From positions 1 to 62,551 of the forward strand of contig CANMWZ010000025.1 in assembly GCA_947501605.1 (NCBI GenBank): DNA of 62,551 nt. Direction: 5' to 3'. This DNA is from Planctomycetota bacterium. GTDB taxonomy: Bacteria; Planctomycetota; UBA1135; UBA2386. A model generated the notes under the pieces. That model was not told where the DNA came from, did not search any database, and was given only the letters and a program-made list of their open reading frames with translations. The position numbers and the translations under genes are program-made. Below are positions 30,722-39,587 of the stretch, in pieces (positions within the stretch are counted from its first letter, which is position 1; every line of letters begins with the position of its first letter).

Positions 30722-30749
30722 CTATCGGCGCGATCGGGCGGACGATTGA
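30722..30749 (-). promoter_or_regulatory. Sigma-28/FliA-like promoter candidate
   Basis: Minus strand TCAA-N16-GCCGATAG, ending 7 nt before GTG 30714. Consensus is TAAA-N15/16-GCCGATAA. Confidence 0.3.
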
Positions 30750-30756
30750 GTCAGCC

Positions 30757-31599
30757 TCAGCCTTCCGCCGCCAGTTCGCCGTCTGTTTGCGGCTTTGCCT
30801 CAACCGGCTCTGCGGCGGTGACAGGTTTGGCCATGCCCAGGCGCTCCAGCAGCTCGTCCGCCACGGCCTCGTAGTCCCGCGCCCCGTTCGAATCCGGCGC
30901 GTGCTCGAAGATGGTGCGGCCAAAGCTGGGCGCTTCGGCCAGCTTGACGTTGTTGCGGATGCGCGTGCGTGCGAGCTGGGTGCCGAAGTACTGGTCGATC
31001 TCGCGAAGCACCTCGGTGCTGAGGTTGGTGCGGGAGTCCACCATGCACGGCAGCACGAGTGCCACCGCGAGTTGCGGGTTCAGGCGCTTCTGCACCAGCA
31101 TGATGACCTCGATCAGCTTGGCCATGCCCTGTAGCGACAGGTACTCGGCCTGCATCGGGATCACGACGTGATCGGCAGCGACGAGAGCGTTGGCGGACAG
31201 CACGCCGAGCGACGGCGGGCAGTCGAGGAACAAGAAATCGAACTCGCTCTTGTTCGCAAAGGCCTCGATCGCTTCGCGCAGAATGGTCTCGCGGCCGATG
31301 CGGTTGGCGAGCACCTGCTCGACGCCAGCCAGCGACGTGTCGCTGGGGACGACGAACAAACGCTCGGAACTGGTCTCCTGCACGAGGTCCTGAAGCGGAG
31401 TGTCCTCGACCAGCAAGTTGGTCATCGTGTTGCCCTCGAGGTCGGGCCGCTTGTCGAGATGCACCGTCAGGTTGGCCTGCGGGTCCATGTCGCAGACGAG
31501 CACGCGATAGCCTCGACGCGCCAGCGCGGCGCTGAGATTGACGGTGGTGGTCGTCTTGCCGACCCCACCCTTCTGGTTGATGACCGCGATGCAGCGCAT
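30757..31599 (-). CDS. parA: ParA/Soj family ATPase
   Basis: IAVINQKGGVGKTTTTVNLSAAL, DMDPQANLT, LDCPPSLG, IPMQAEYLSLQG, IRNNVKLAEAPSFG. No parB in the window. Confidence 0.9.
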   Translation of the reverse strand: MRCIAVINQKGGVGKTTTTVNLSAALARRGYRVLVCDMDPQANLTVHLDKRPDLEGNTMTNLLVEDTPLQDLVQETSSERLFVVPSDTSLAGVEQVLANRIGRETILREAIEAFANKSEFDFLFLDCPPSLGVLSANALVAADHVVIPMQAEYLSLQGMAKLIEVIMLVQKRLNPQLAVALVLPCMVDSRTNLSTEVLREIDQYFGTQLARTRIRNNVKLAEAPSFGRTIFEHAPDSNGARDYEAVADELLERLGMAKPVTAAEPVEAKPQTDGELAAEG

Positions 31600-31728
31600 G
31601 GTGCGTTCCCTTGGATGTCGAACGGGCTCGCAAAAGGACGAGCGATGGTCCATTAGAGATGCGCGGCAGACGCAGGGCAAAATCTGCGTCGCCGGATTCC
31701 GCGCGATCCTGCAGCCGGCGAGCCGAAC

Positions 31729-32439
31729 TCAGCCCAGCAGCGCACCGAGGTCCGCGAGCGGCAACGGCCCGTCGATGACAAACGGCTCTGCCGCGGCGCA
31801 GCCGATGCGCACGCCGAAGAACCGGTCCCGCACCTGGGCGCGGTCGCGGACATCGATGCCTTGGACCATATGAGTCTTGGCACCTTCGCCCTGCAACTGC
31901 GAGCGGTAGCAACCCAGCACAGCGGCCTTCTGCTCGACCAAGTCACTGATGTCGACCGCAAAGGTCGGTTCGACCGGCACGTTGCCGGGGTAACGGACCA
32001 GCAGGCGGGGTCGGTGCGGTGAACCGAGTTCTGGATGGAAGCGCACGAGGCCTGAGTAGAACCACGCCTTGCCTGCGAGTTGCGCGGCAGCGGTGTGGTC
32101 CGGATGCACGTCGCGCTCGTGCGGTGCAAACAACAGTCGCGGGCGCACCTCGCGCATCAAGGCGACGAGCTTCTGGACCGAATCGTCGTCGTCGGCGATC
32201 GCCGTATCACGCAATGCGAGACTGCGCCGGTCCGCCACGCCTAGCATCGCGGCAGCTGCCGCAGCTTCTCGCTGCCGCTGCTCGCCTGTTCCACGCGAAC
32301 CCATCTCGCCAGCGGTCAGATCGAGGATGACCACGCGGTGGCCGCTGCGCGTGAGCCGCAGAATCGTGCCGCTCGCGGCGATCTCGACGTCGTCGGGATG
32401 CGGGCCGACGAACAGCGCGGCGCAGTCGCTCGTCATCAC
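31729..32439 (-). CDS. bshB1: Bacillithiol biosynthesis deacetylase (PIG-L family)
   Basis: GPHPDDVEI, DLTAGEMGSRGT..R.REA, DVHPDH, VDISDL..K..L.CYRSQ, AEPF. Coupled to bshC. Confidence 0.88.
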   Translation of the reverse strand: MMTSDCAALFVGPHPDDVEIAASGTILRLTRSGHRVVILDLTAGEMGSRGTGEQRQREAAAAAAMLGVADRRSLALRDTAIADDDDSVQKLVALMREVRPRLLFAPHERDVHPDHTAAAQLAGKAWFYSGLVRFHPELGSPHRPRLLVRYPGNVPVEPTFAVDISDLVEQKAAVLGCYRSQLQGEGAKTHMVQGIDVRDRAQVRDRFFGVRIGCAAAEPFVIDGPLPLADLGALLG

Positions 32440-33989
32440 AACTCCAGGACGCCGTGCTCGATGGTGAATGGATCTGACGCGGCGATGATCTTGTCAGCCA
32501 GCTCACGGCCATGGGCGGCGAGGAACCCCAGCGGGCCGAGTACGCGTTCCTGCGGGCGGCCGCGCGGGCGGAGGTTGGAAGTCAGGCGGCGGAACTGCCG
32601 CAGACCGGTGCCTTCGCGGTTCTGGCGGGCGGCACGCAGTTTCTGCGCCAGCCGTTCGATCTCCTCCGTCGTTTTGGTGCGCACGCGGTCGATCGACGCC
32701 AGCATCGAGCTGTCGAGGTCCTGCATCTGCGTGGCGACCTTGTCGAGGCCGGTGCGGATGCTCGCGACCATGTCATCGAGTTGCCCTTCGAGCAGGTCGC
32801 GATCGGTTCCCTGTGCGCGCTCGACGAGCTGCTCTGGTGATTGATCGAGGTCGGTGAGATCGAGACCGAACTTGGTCAGGATCCGCTGGAGCGATGGCTC
32901 CACCAGCGTCATCGACGCGCGCGGCACGAACAGAGGCTGCGGCACACCGAGAGTGCGATAGAGCGGCGCGACGACCGACAGATACGCGAGCTCGCCGGGG
33001 CCAACGACGAAAGCGATCGTCGGAAGACAAGCGTCTTGCCACAGCGGGCGCAGCAGTGCCCCCGGACTGAGGTCCTGCCAGCGTTGATACTTCTCGGCGT
33101 CAGCGAGCGGCGTGCGCCGGTCACCGGTGATCTCGAACATCATCGTCGCCGACGGGTCCATCGTGACGTCGATGCCCAAGTCTGTCAGCTCGTCGCAAGT
33201 CTGCCGCACGACGTCTCGGATGGTGTCTGACTGCGACCACCAACGCTGGAGCGGCGGGAATGCCTCGCTCGGCAAGTCGCGAGGTTCGATGACCAGCAAG
33301 CCATGGCGGCCAAACAGCTCGAACATCATGCGCGCCTGCGCGGCGCCGAGTGCTTCGTCCGGGTGGCGCGGCTTGAAGATGTCGAGCGCCCATTGCCGCG
33401 ACTCACTTTGTGGCAGCAGCGCGTCGAGCTCTGCCAGCACGCGCTCCACTTCTCGACCGCAGTGCACGTTGCGCAGCGGGGCACCACCGCGGTCGATGTC
33501 GAGGCGAAAACGCTGCACTTCCTGCGCGCTATTGACCAGGAACAGGCGATTCGCCTCTTCGAGATCGTGGTCGTCACTGTGGTTCCAAAACACCGGCACC
33601 GCGCGGATGGCGCCGTTCTCGGCCTCGATCTGCTGGCACAAGCGGATGGCCGTTGCGACCTTGTGCAGGTTGAACAACGGGCCGCCGATGAGGCCTGGCT
33701 GCTGTCCGGTGATGACGATCTGGACCTTGGGGTCAGCGAGGCGCTTGGCGCTCTCGAACACCTCAGGCGGCGCCCCGTGCCGCTCAGCGTAGGCCGTGAA
33801 CGCGCGCACCAGCGCGTCGCGTGGCACGATCCGGTCGGCGCCAGTCGGCGCGCGTTTCAACAGCTCGTCGAGCGAGCGGGCTCGTTTGCCGAGTACCGCG
33901 CAGAGATCGCGATCGTCGTCGAGGAACCGTTGATGAACGTCGCTGGTGCCCAGACGACGGAACGAGATGTGACGCAACGTTGTGACCAC
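32436..33989 (-). CDS. bshC: Bacillithiol biosynthesis cysteine-adding enzyme
   Basis: VITGQQPGLIGGPLFNLHK, VPVFWNHSDDHDLEE, SPGALLRPLWQDACLPTIAFVVGPGELAY, coiled coil, PQERVL. Confidence 0.9.
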   Translation of the reverse strand: MVTTLRHISFRRLGTSDVHQRFLDDDRDLCAVLGKRARSLDELLKRAPTGADRIVPRDALVRAFTAYAERHGAPPEVFESAKRLADPKVQIVITGQQPGLIGGPLFNLHKVATAIRLCQQIEAENGAIRAVPVFWNHSDDHDLEEANRLFLVNSAQEVQRFRLDIDRGGAPLRNVHCGREVERVLAELDALLPQSESRQWALDIFKPRHPDEALGAAQARMMFELFGRHGLLVIEPRDLPSEAFPPLQRWWSQSDTIRDVVRQTCDELTDLGIDVTMDPSATMMFEITGDRRTPLADAEKYQRWQDLSPGALLRPLWQDACLPTIAFVVGPGELAYLSVVAPLYRTLGVPQPLFVPRASMTLVEPSLQRILTKFGLDLTDLDQSPEQLVERAQGTDRDLLEGQLDDMVASIRTGLDKVATQMQDLDSSMLASIDRVRTKTTEEIERLAQKLRAARQNREGTGLRQFRRLTSNLRPRGRPQERVLGPLGFLAAHGRELADKIIAASDPFTIEHGVLEL

Positions 33990-34092
33990 CGGGCGTGAGG
34001 TTCTAGGGGAGGACTGCGTGCTGCTCCAGTGCGCCGAAGCGAGGATCGGTGCGATCCTCGCGAACTTTGCTGCTTTGGCGGTGGCGCGGCGA

Positions 34093-34971
34093 TCACTTTG
34101 CGCGGGCGGCTAGCTGCTGAACGTGGCGGCATTCGGCGGCGAACTGCTCGGCTGCGGCCTCCACTTTGGCGAGCCAATCAGGGTCGCTGGGTTGGAACGC
34201 CTGCATGACGCCTCGGCTCTGCGTCGCAAGACCGCCGAGCCCGCGGCGATCAAACGCGGCGGCTAGGTCCGCCACCTTGCCGCCTTGGGCGCCGACGCCC
34301 GGCAGCAGGATCCATGCGTTTGGCATGAGGCGGCGCAATCGGTGCAGTTCGGCAGGCCAGGTCGCCCCCACCACGGCACCGACGGGCGAATAGCCCTCCG
34401 CCAGTGGCAACTCCTGCCCCCAGCGGTGAACGGCGGCGGCGACAGCGTCGCAGAGCGCGCGGCCCTGCCCCTCGATCGGCAGGTCCTGGAGGTCCTTCGC
34501 GCCCGGATTGCTGGTGCGCACCAGCACAAACACGCCGAGTCCACCGCGATCGGGGTGGCAACGTTCCAAGAACGGCTGCAGCGAGTCGCCGCCGAGGTAG
34601 GGATGCAGCGTCACCGCGTCCGCCCACTGCGCGTGGCCCTCGGCGTAGGCCTCGGCAGTGCTGCCGATGTCGCCGCGCTTGATGTCGCCGAGCACCAGCA
34701 GGCCGCACTTCCGGGCGGTGGCACAGGTGGACTCGTAGGCGGCAAACCCGGCGGAGCCAAAGCACTCGAAGAACGCGATGTTGGGCTTCACCACCGGCAC
34801 GTGGCGGGCGAGCGCTGGCAGTACACGTTGGTAGAAGGCGGCGATGCGGTCAGGCGCGGGCGCATCGGGCAGGAGGGAAGTCGGTAACGCCGAGAGGCGC
34901 GGGTCGAGTCCGACCACCGCGGGTGCTTCGCCCGCGAGGAGGCGACGGGACAGTTCGACGACGAAGGCCAT
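34093..34971 (-). CDS. pyrF: Orotidine-5'-phosphate decarboxylase (type 2)
   Basis: VVGLDP, VKPNIAFFE, DIKRGDIGSTAEAY, VTLHPYLG, LVRTSNPGA, GAVVGAT, LLPGVGAQGG. Start set at MAFVVELS. Confidence 0.93.
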   Translation of the reverse strand: MAFVVELSRRLLAGEAPAVVGLDPRLSALPTSLLPDAPAPDRIAAFYQRVLPALARHVPVVKPNIAFFECFGSAGFAAYESTCATARKCGLLVLGDIKRGDIGSTAEAYAEGHAQWADAVTLHPYLGGDSLQPFLERCHPDRGGLGVFVLVRTSNPGAKDLQDLPIEGQGRALCDAVAAAVHRWGQELPLAEGYSPVGAVVGATWPAELHRLRRLMPNAWILLPGVGAQGGKVADLAAAFDRRGLGGLATQSRGVMQAFQPSDPDWLAKVEAAAEQFAAECRHVQQLAARAK

Positions 34972-34977
34972 GTGCGC

Positions 34978-34983
34978 AACGTA
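34978..34983 (-). promoter_or_regulatory. Candidate -10 box (TACGTT) of a leaderless pyrF transcript
   Basis: TANNNT exactly 6 nt before ATG 34971; no SD sequence. Confidence 0.4.
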
Positions 34984-35137
34984 GCGACGGCGGCGCGGCC
35001 GACCAGCGCATCGGAGGGGCCAGCGTACGGGCGCGTGTTCCAAGTGGCATCGGAGACCAGTTCGCTGTTTCCTTCTCCCTCCCAATTCCTGGCCACCCCC
35101 GCCCGCGGGGATGGCGCATTCGAGCAGACCCCACCCG

Positions 35138-36274
35138 ATGCCAGTTGTCTTCGTGCCCAAGGAGACGGAGTCCGGCGAGACCCGAGTCGCAGCGATCCCG
35201 GAAACCGTCAAGGGACTGATCAAGCTAGGCCTCAAGCCCGAAGTCGAGCGCGGCGCTGGACTCAGCGCCGGTTTCGCCGACCAAGACTATGCCGATGCGG
35301 GCGCTGCCCTCGTCGGTAGTGAGGCGCGCGGCAGCGCCGACCTCGTACTCGGAATCCAGCCACCAACGCCGGCGCAGGCGAAGGCCCAGAAGGCCGGATC
35401 CCTGAGCATTTGTTCACTGCAGCCGAGCATGAACTTGTCGGCCGTCGCAGCCTTGCGCGACGCAAAGGTCACGGCCATGGGCCTCGAGTTCATGCCGCGC
35501 ATCAGCCGCGCGCAGAAGATGGACATCTTGTCGTCGCAGGCAACCTGCAGCGGCTACCAGGCGGTTCTGCTCGCCGCCGTGCACCTGCCGAAGATGTTCC
35601 CGCTGATGATGACTGCCGCTGGCACGATCACGCCAGCGCGGGTGCTGGTGCTCGGTGTTGGCGTCGCCGGATTGCAGGCGATCTCGACGGCGCGCAAGCT
35701 CGGTGCGGTCGTGGAGGCCAACGACATCCGACCGGCCTGCAAAGAGCAGGTTGAGTCACTAGGCGGCAAGTTTGTCGATACCGGCACGCCGCCAGACGCT
35801 GAGACCAAGGGCGGCTACGCCAGCGAGACGACGCAGGACTTCTTGAAGAAGCAGCGCGAGATTCTGACCAAACATATCACTTCCGCGGATGTGGTGATCA
35901 CGACGGCGCTGATCCCTGGCAAGAAGGCGCCAGTGTTGGTCACAGCTGACATGCGAAAGGGGATGAAGCCCGGCTCGGTGATCGTCGACATGGCCGCCGC
36001 CATGGGCGGCAACGTTGAAGGCACGGTCAAGGGTCAACATGTCGTCGTCGACGGCGTCACCATCCTCGGTGATGCAAACCTGCCGGGCCAAGTCGCAGCC
36101 GACGCGTCGCGCATGTTTGCTCGCAACGTCACCGCGTTCCTCGGTGAGTTCGTCAAGGCCGGTGCGCTGAACCTGGACATGAACAACGAGATCCTCTCTG
36201 CCGTCACGATCGTCCACGACGGTCAGGTCCGGCACCAACCCACCGCGCAGGCCCTGGCCGCGCAAGGCAACTGA
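35138..36274 (+). CDS. pntA: NAD(P) transhydrogenase subunit alpha, part 1 (dI)
   Basis: VPKE..GETRVAAIPETV, PRISRAQKMDILSSQ, FPLMMTAAGTI, GVGVAGLQAI, VITTALIPGKKAP, VIVDMAA.MGGN. Confidence 0.94.
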   Translation: MPVVFVPKETESGETRVAAIPETVKGLIKLGLKPEVERGAGLSAGFADQDYADAGAALVGSEARGSADLVLGIQPPTPAQAKAQKAGSLSICSLQPSMNLSAVAALRDAKVTAMGLEFMPRISRAQKMDILSSQATCSGYQAVLLAAVHLPKMFPLMMTAAGTITPARVLVLGVGVAGLQAISTARKLGAVVEANDIRPACKEQVESLGGKFVDTGTPPDAETKGGYASETTQDFLKKQREILTKHITSADVVITTALIPGKKAPVLVTADMRKGMKPGSVIVDMAAAMGGNVEGTVKGQHVVVDGVTILGDANLPGQVAADASRMFARNVTAFLGEFVKAGALNLDMNNEILSAVTIVHDGQVRHQPTAQALAAQGN

Positions 36275-36276
36275 TC

Positions 36277-36609
36277 ATGGACCCGATCTTCCTCACGATC
36301 TTCGTTTTCGCGATCGCGTCGCTGCTCGGTTTTGAACTGATCAACAAGGTCCCGCCAACGCTGCACACGCCGCTGATGTCGGGTTCGAACGCGATTTCGG
36401 GCATCACCCTGGTTGGCGCGATCCTCTGCGCGCTCGCGTTCAAGGACGCGGCACCCGAAGTGCTCGCTGCTGCAAGCCAGCCGATCCCGTCGTGGTTCGG
36501 CAACATCCTGGCGTTTCTCGCCATCGTGTTTGCGACCATCAACGTGGTCGGTGGCTACATGGTGACCGACCGCATGCTGGGCTCCTTCAAGCGGAAGGAG
36601 AAGAAGTAA
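36277..36609 (+). CDS. pntA: NAD(P) transhydrogenase subunit alpha, part 2 (membrane)
   Basis: KVPPTLHTPLMSGSNAISGI, ATINVVGGYMVTDRML. Confidence 0.93.
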   Translation: MDPIFLTIFVFAIASLLGFELINKVPPTLHTPLMSGSNAISGITLVGAILCALAFKDAAPEVLAAASQPIPSWFGNILAFLAIVFATINVVGGYMVTDRMLGSFKRKEKK

Positions 36610-36610
36610 C

Positions 36611-38011
36611 GTGGACTACCTCTATCTCCTCGCCACGGTCCTGTTCGTTTTCGGCATCAAGAAGCTGACGAACATCAAGACCTGTCAGCAGGGCAATCGG
36701 CTGTCCGAGTTCGCGATGTTGTTGGCGATCGTCACGACACTCGCAGTCGGTGCGAACTACATCAGTTGGTATGTCGTGATCAGTGGTCTTCTCGTCGGCG
36801 GCGCTGCCGGCGCGGTGATCGCCAAGAAAACTGCGACCACGCAAATGCCAGAGATGGTGGCAGCCCTCAACGGCTTTGGCGGCGTGGCCTCGGCCCTCGT
36901 CGCGATGGCGGCGCTCCTCGAGCACCCGCTGATGCACGACCCGAACAAGTCGCTGTTCGACACCGGGTTCGTCAATGCCGTCAGCACGCCGATCACGATT
37001 CTGATCGGCATGATCACGTTGACCGGCAGTTTCATCGCCTACTTCAAGCTCTCGGGAAAGAAGCTCGTGCACCCGGTGAAGGGCTCACAGCGGCATGCGT
37101 TTCACGCAGCGCTGGGCGTCGCAGTGATCGGCCTCAGCTACTGGGAGATCACGACTGCGAGCCACGCGCAAATGACGATCGCCACAGTTCTGTTGGCGAT
37201 CATCTCGGGCTCGCTCGGCGTCTTCTTGGTGATGCCGATCGGTGGTGCCGACATGCCAGTCGTCGTGTCGCTGCTCAACAGCTATTCGGGCATTGCTGGC
37301 GCGGCGGCAGGCTTCGTCATCAACAACCCGTTGCTGGTCGTTGTAGGTGCACTGGTCGGCACTTCGGGCCTGATCCTGACGCAGATCATGTGCAAGGCGA
37401 TGAACCGCTCGCTCAGCAACGTGCTGCTCGGTGGCATGGGCGAGGAAGTCGTCGCCAAGGACGCCAAGGACTACAAGTCGATCAAGTCGACGACGCCTGA
37501 AGAAGTGGCGATGCTGCTCGACGGCGCCGCTTCGGTCATCATCGTCCCCGGTTACGGGCTTGCCGTGGCACAAGCGCAGCACGTCGTGCGCGAACTCGGA
37601 GACCTGCTGCAGAAGCGCGGTTGCAACGTGCGCTACGCGATCCACCCGGTCGCCGGCCGCATGCCGGGCCACATGAACGTGCTGCTCGCCGAGTCGGATG
37701 TTCCCTACGATCAGTTGTGGGAGATGGACAACATCAACAGTGACTTCAAGAGCACGGATGTGGTCATCGTCGTCGGCGCCAACGACGTCGTGAACCCAGC
37801 CGCCCGCGAGGCCACGGGCCCGATCGCCGGCATGCCCATCCTCGATGTCGACCAGGCGCGGACGTGCGTTGTGATCAAGCGTTCGCTTGCCCCTGGTTAT
37901 GCCGGCATCAAGAACCCGTTGTTCGAGTTGGACAACTGCTTGATGGTCTTCCTCGATGCCAAGGAGGCGTTGGAAGGCATGGTCAAGGAAATGAAGGAGC
38001 TGTCGAAGTAA
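36611..38011 (+). CDS. pntB: NAD(P) transhydrogenase subunit beta
   Basis: TQMPEMVAAL, PIGGADMPVVVSLLNSYSG, MCKAMNRSL, VPGYGLAVAQAQ, IHPVAGRMPGHMNVLLAE, GANDVVNPAA. Confidence 0.95.
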   Translation: MDYLYLLATVLFVFGIKKLTNIKTCQQGNRLSEFAMLLAIVTTLAVGANYISWYVVISGLLVGGAAGAVIAKKTATTQMPEMVAALNGFGGVASALVAMAALLEHPLMHDPNKSLFDTGFVNAVSTPITILIGMITLTGSFIAYFKLSGKKLVHPVKGSQRHAFHAALGVAVIGLSYWEITTASHAQMTIATVLLAIISGSLGVFLVMPIGGADMPVVVSLLNSYSGIAGAAAGFVINNPLLVVVGALVGTSGLILTQIMCKAMNRSLSNVLLGGMGEEVVAKDAKDYKSIKSTTPEEVAMLLDGAASVIIVPGYGLAVAQAQHVVRELGDLLQKRGCNVRYAIHPVAGRMPGHMNVLLAESDVPYDQLWEMDNINSDFKSTDVVIVVGANDVVNPAAREATGPIAGMPILDVDQARTCVVIKRSLAPGYAGIKNPLFELDNCLMVFLDAKEALEGMVKEMKELSK

Positions 38012-38451
38012 CGACGGCGACTTCGCTGCTCACCTCTTCTCACCTCTGTTCATCGTCGCCTCGTCGATGACATCGGTTGAAGCCGCGATCTCACACCGCG
38101 CCCGCGGCCAGTCTGGTGTGCGACCACTGCGGACGAGACGGCGGTGCGACGGCAGCGTCGCGAGTTCTCCGCGGGATCTACCGATGCCGCTGCGAACTCG
38201 CGCCTTGCCCTCGACCTTCGTTGCTCGGCCTCGCGAGCCGGCTTGTTGTGAAACCGCTTCTACGTGATGCGCTCCACCACCATCGCCCCACCTGCTGGTC
38301 CGGCCTCTGCTGGGTGTGCTAGAGTCTGTGCGTGACCCCCATCCGTGATCGTGCGCACAGGACGCAGGGCGAAGTATCGTCCGCAACAACCGCGCGCACT
38401 TGCATCTATAGCCCACAGCTTTCGCCCCAGTGAGACAGGGGATTCCTCGCC

Positions 38452-39587
38452 GTGGACAGAGATCGCAACGAGTTCGACGCGTTGATCATCGGCGGCGGCT
38501 TCTTCGGCTGCAGTCTGGCTGTGCATCTCCGCCAGACGCGTCAGTTGCGAGTTGTGCTACTCGAAGCCGGTCCTGAGCTACTGCAGCGCGCCTCGCATTC
38601 GAATCAGGCCCGCGTCCACAACGGCTATCACTACCCGAGAAGCCTGCTCACGGCCTTACGGTCGCGGATCAACTGGCGCAGTTCCGCGACTGTGTGGATG
38701 AGTCGTTCGACAAGTACTACGCGGTCAGTCGCAACTTCTCGAAAGTGACCGCGAATCAGTTCCGCCTCTTCTGCACGACGATCGGCGCACCGATCACGCC
38801 GGCGCCAACGGCCATTCGAAAGATGTTCGATGCCGATCTCATCGAGGAGGTCTTCACGGTGCAGGAGTGCGCGTTCGACGCAGTGAAGTTGCGGCAGCGG
38901 ATGGTGACCGAGATGGAGGCATCCTTGGTCGATGTCAGACTCAGTACCGATGCGCTGCGCGTGCGGCAGTTGCCCGGTGGCAAGCTCGGCGTCGAGTGCT
39001 CGACATCGAACGGGCGTCAGGAGCTGACGGCACACCGCGTCTTCAACTGCACCTACTCGCGTATCAACCGACTGCTCGATGCTTAGGGGTTGCCTCTGAT
39101 CCCGCTCAAGCACGAGTTGACGGAGATTGCACTGGTCGAGGTGCCTCCCGAGGTGAAGGGCATGGGCATCACGGTGATGTGCGGCCCGTTCTTCTCGGTG
39201 ATGCCGTTCCCGTCGCGTGGCCTCCACTCCTTCAGCCACGTGCGCTACACGCCGCACTGCCAATGGCAGGACGCCACGGATCGGCCGTACATGGACCCCT
39301 ACGCGGTGCTCGCGGGGCGTCCGCGGCAGAGCAACTACCTTCGGATGGTCATGGATGCTCGCCGCTACATGCCGGTTCTGACCGGTTGCCGACATGTAGA
39401 TTCCCTGATGGAAGTGAAGACTGTGCTGCCGCGCAGCGAGATGGACGACAGTCGTCCGATTCTGTTGCGAAAAGACCAAGGGCTGCCCAACCTCGACTGC
39501 ATCATGGGCGCCAAAATCGACAACGTCTTCGACATGATCGACTACGTGTCGGCTGCAGATTCCATCGTGAGCCAGGAGACAGCATGA
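38452..39587 (+). pseudogene. FAD-dependent oxidoreductase, disrupted by a frameshift (about 38674) and an in-frame TAG (39084-39086)
   Basis: Rossmann IIGGGFFGC and ASHSNQARVHNGYHYPRS in one frame. Continues in another frame as AQFRDCVDESFDKYYA, through GAT GCT TAG GGG TTG, to IMGAKIDNVFD; the final stop overlaps the next ATG (ATGA). Confidence 0.82.

Noticed and set aside
38077..38322. Small Cys/His-rich ORF (CDHC...CRC) between pntB and the sugar cluster
   Set aside because: TTG start without SD, atypical codon usage and no recognisable zinc-ribbon spacing; probably spurious.
39084..39086. In-frame TAG as programmed readthrough or pyrrolysine
   Set aside because: No pyl genes in view, TAG looks like a point mutation from TCG, and the same gene has a separate frameshift.
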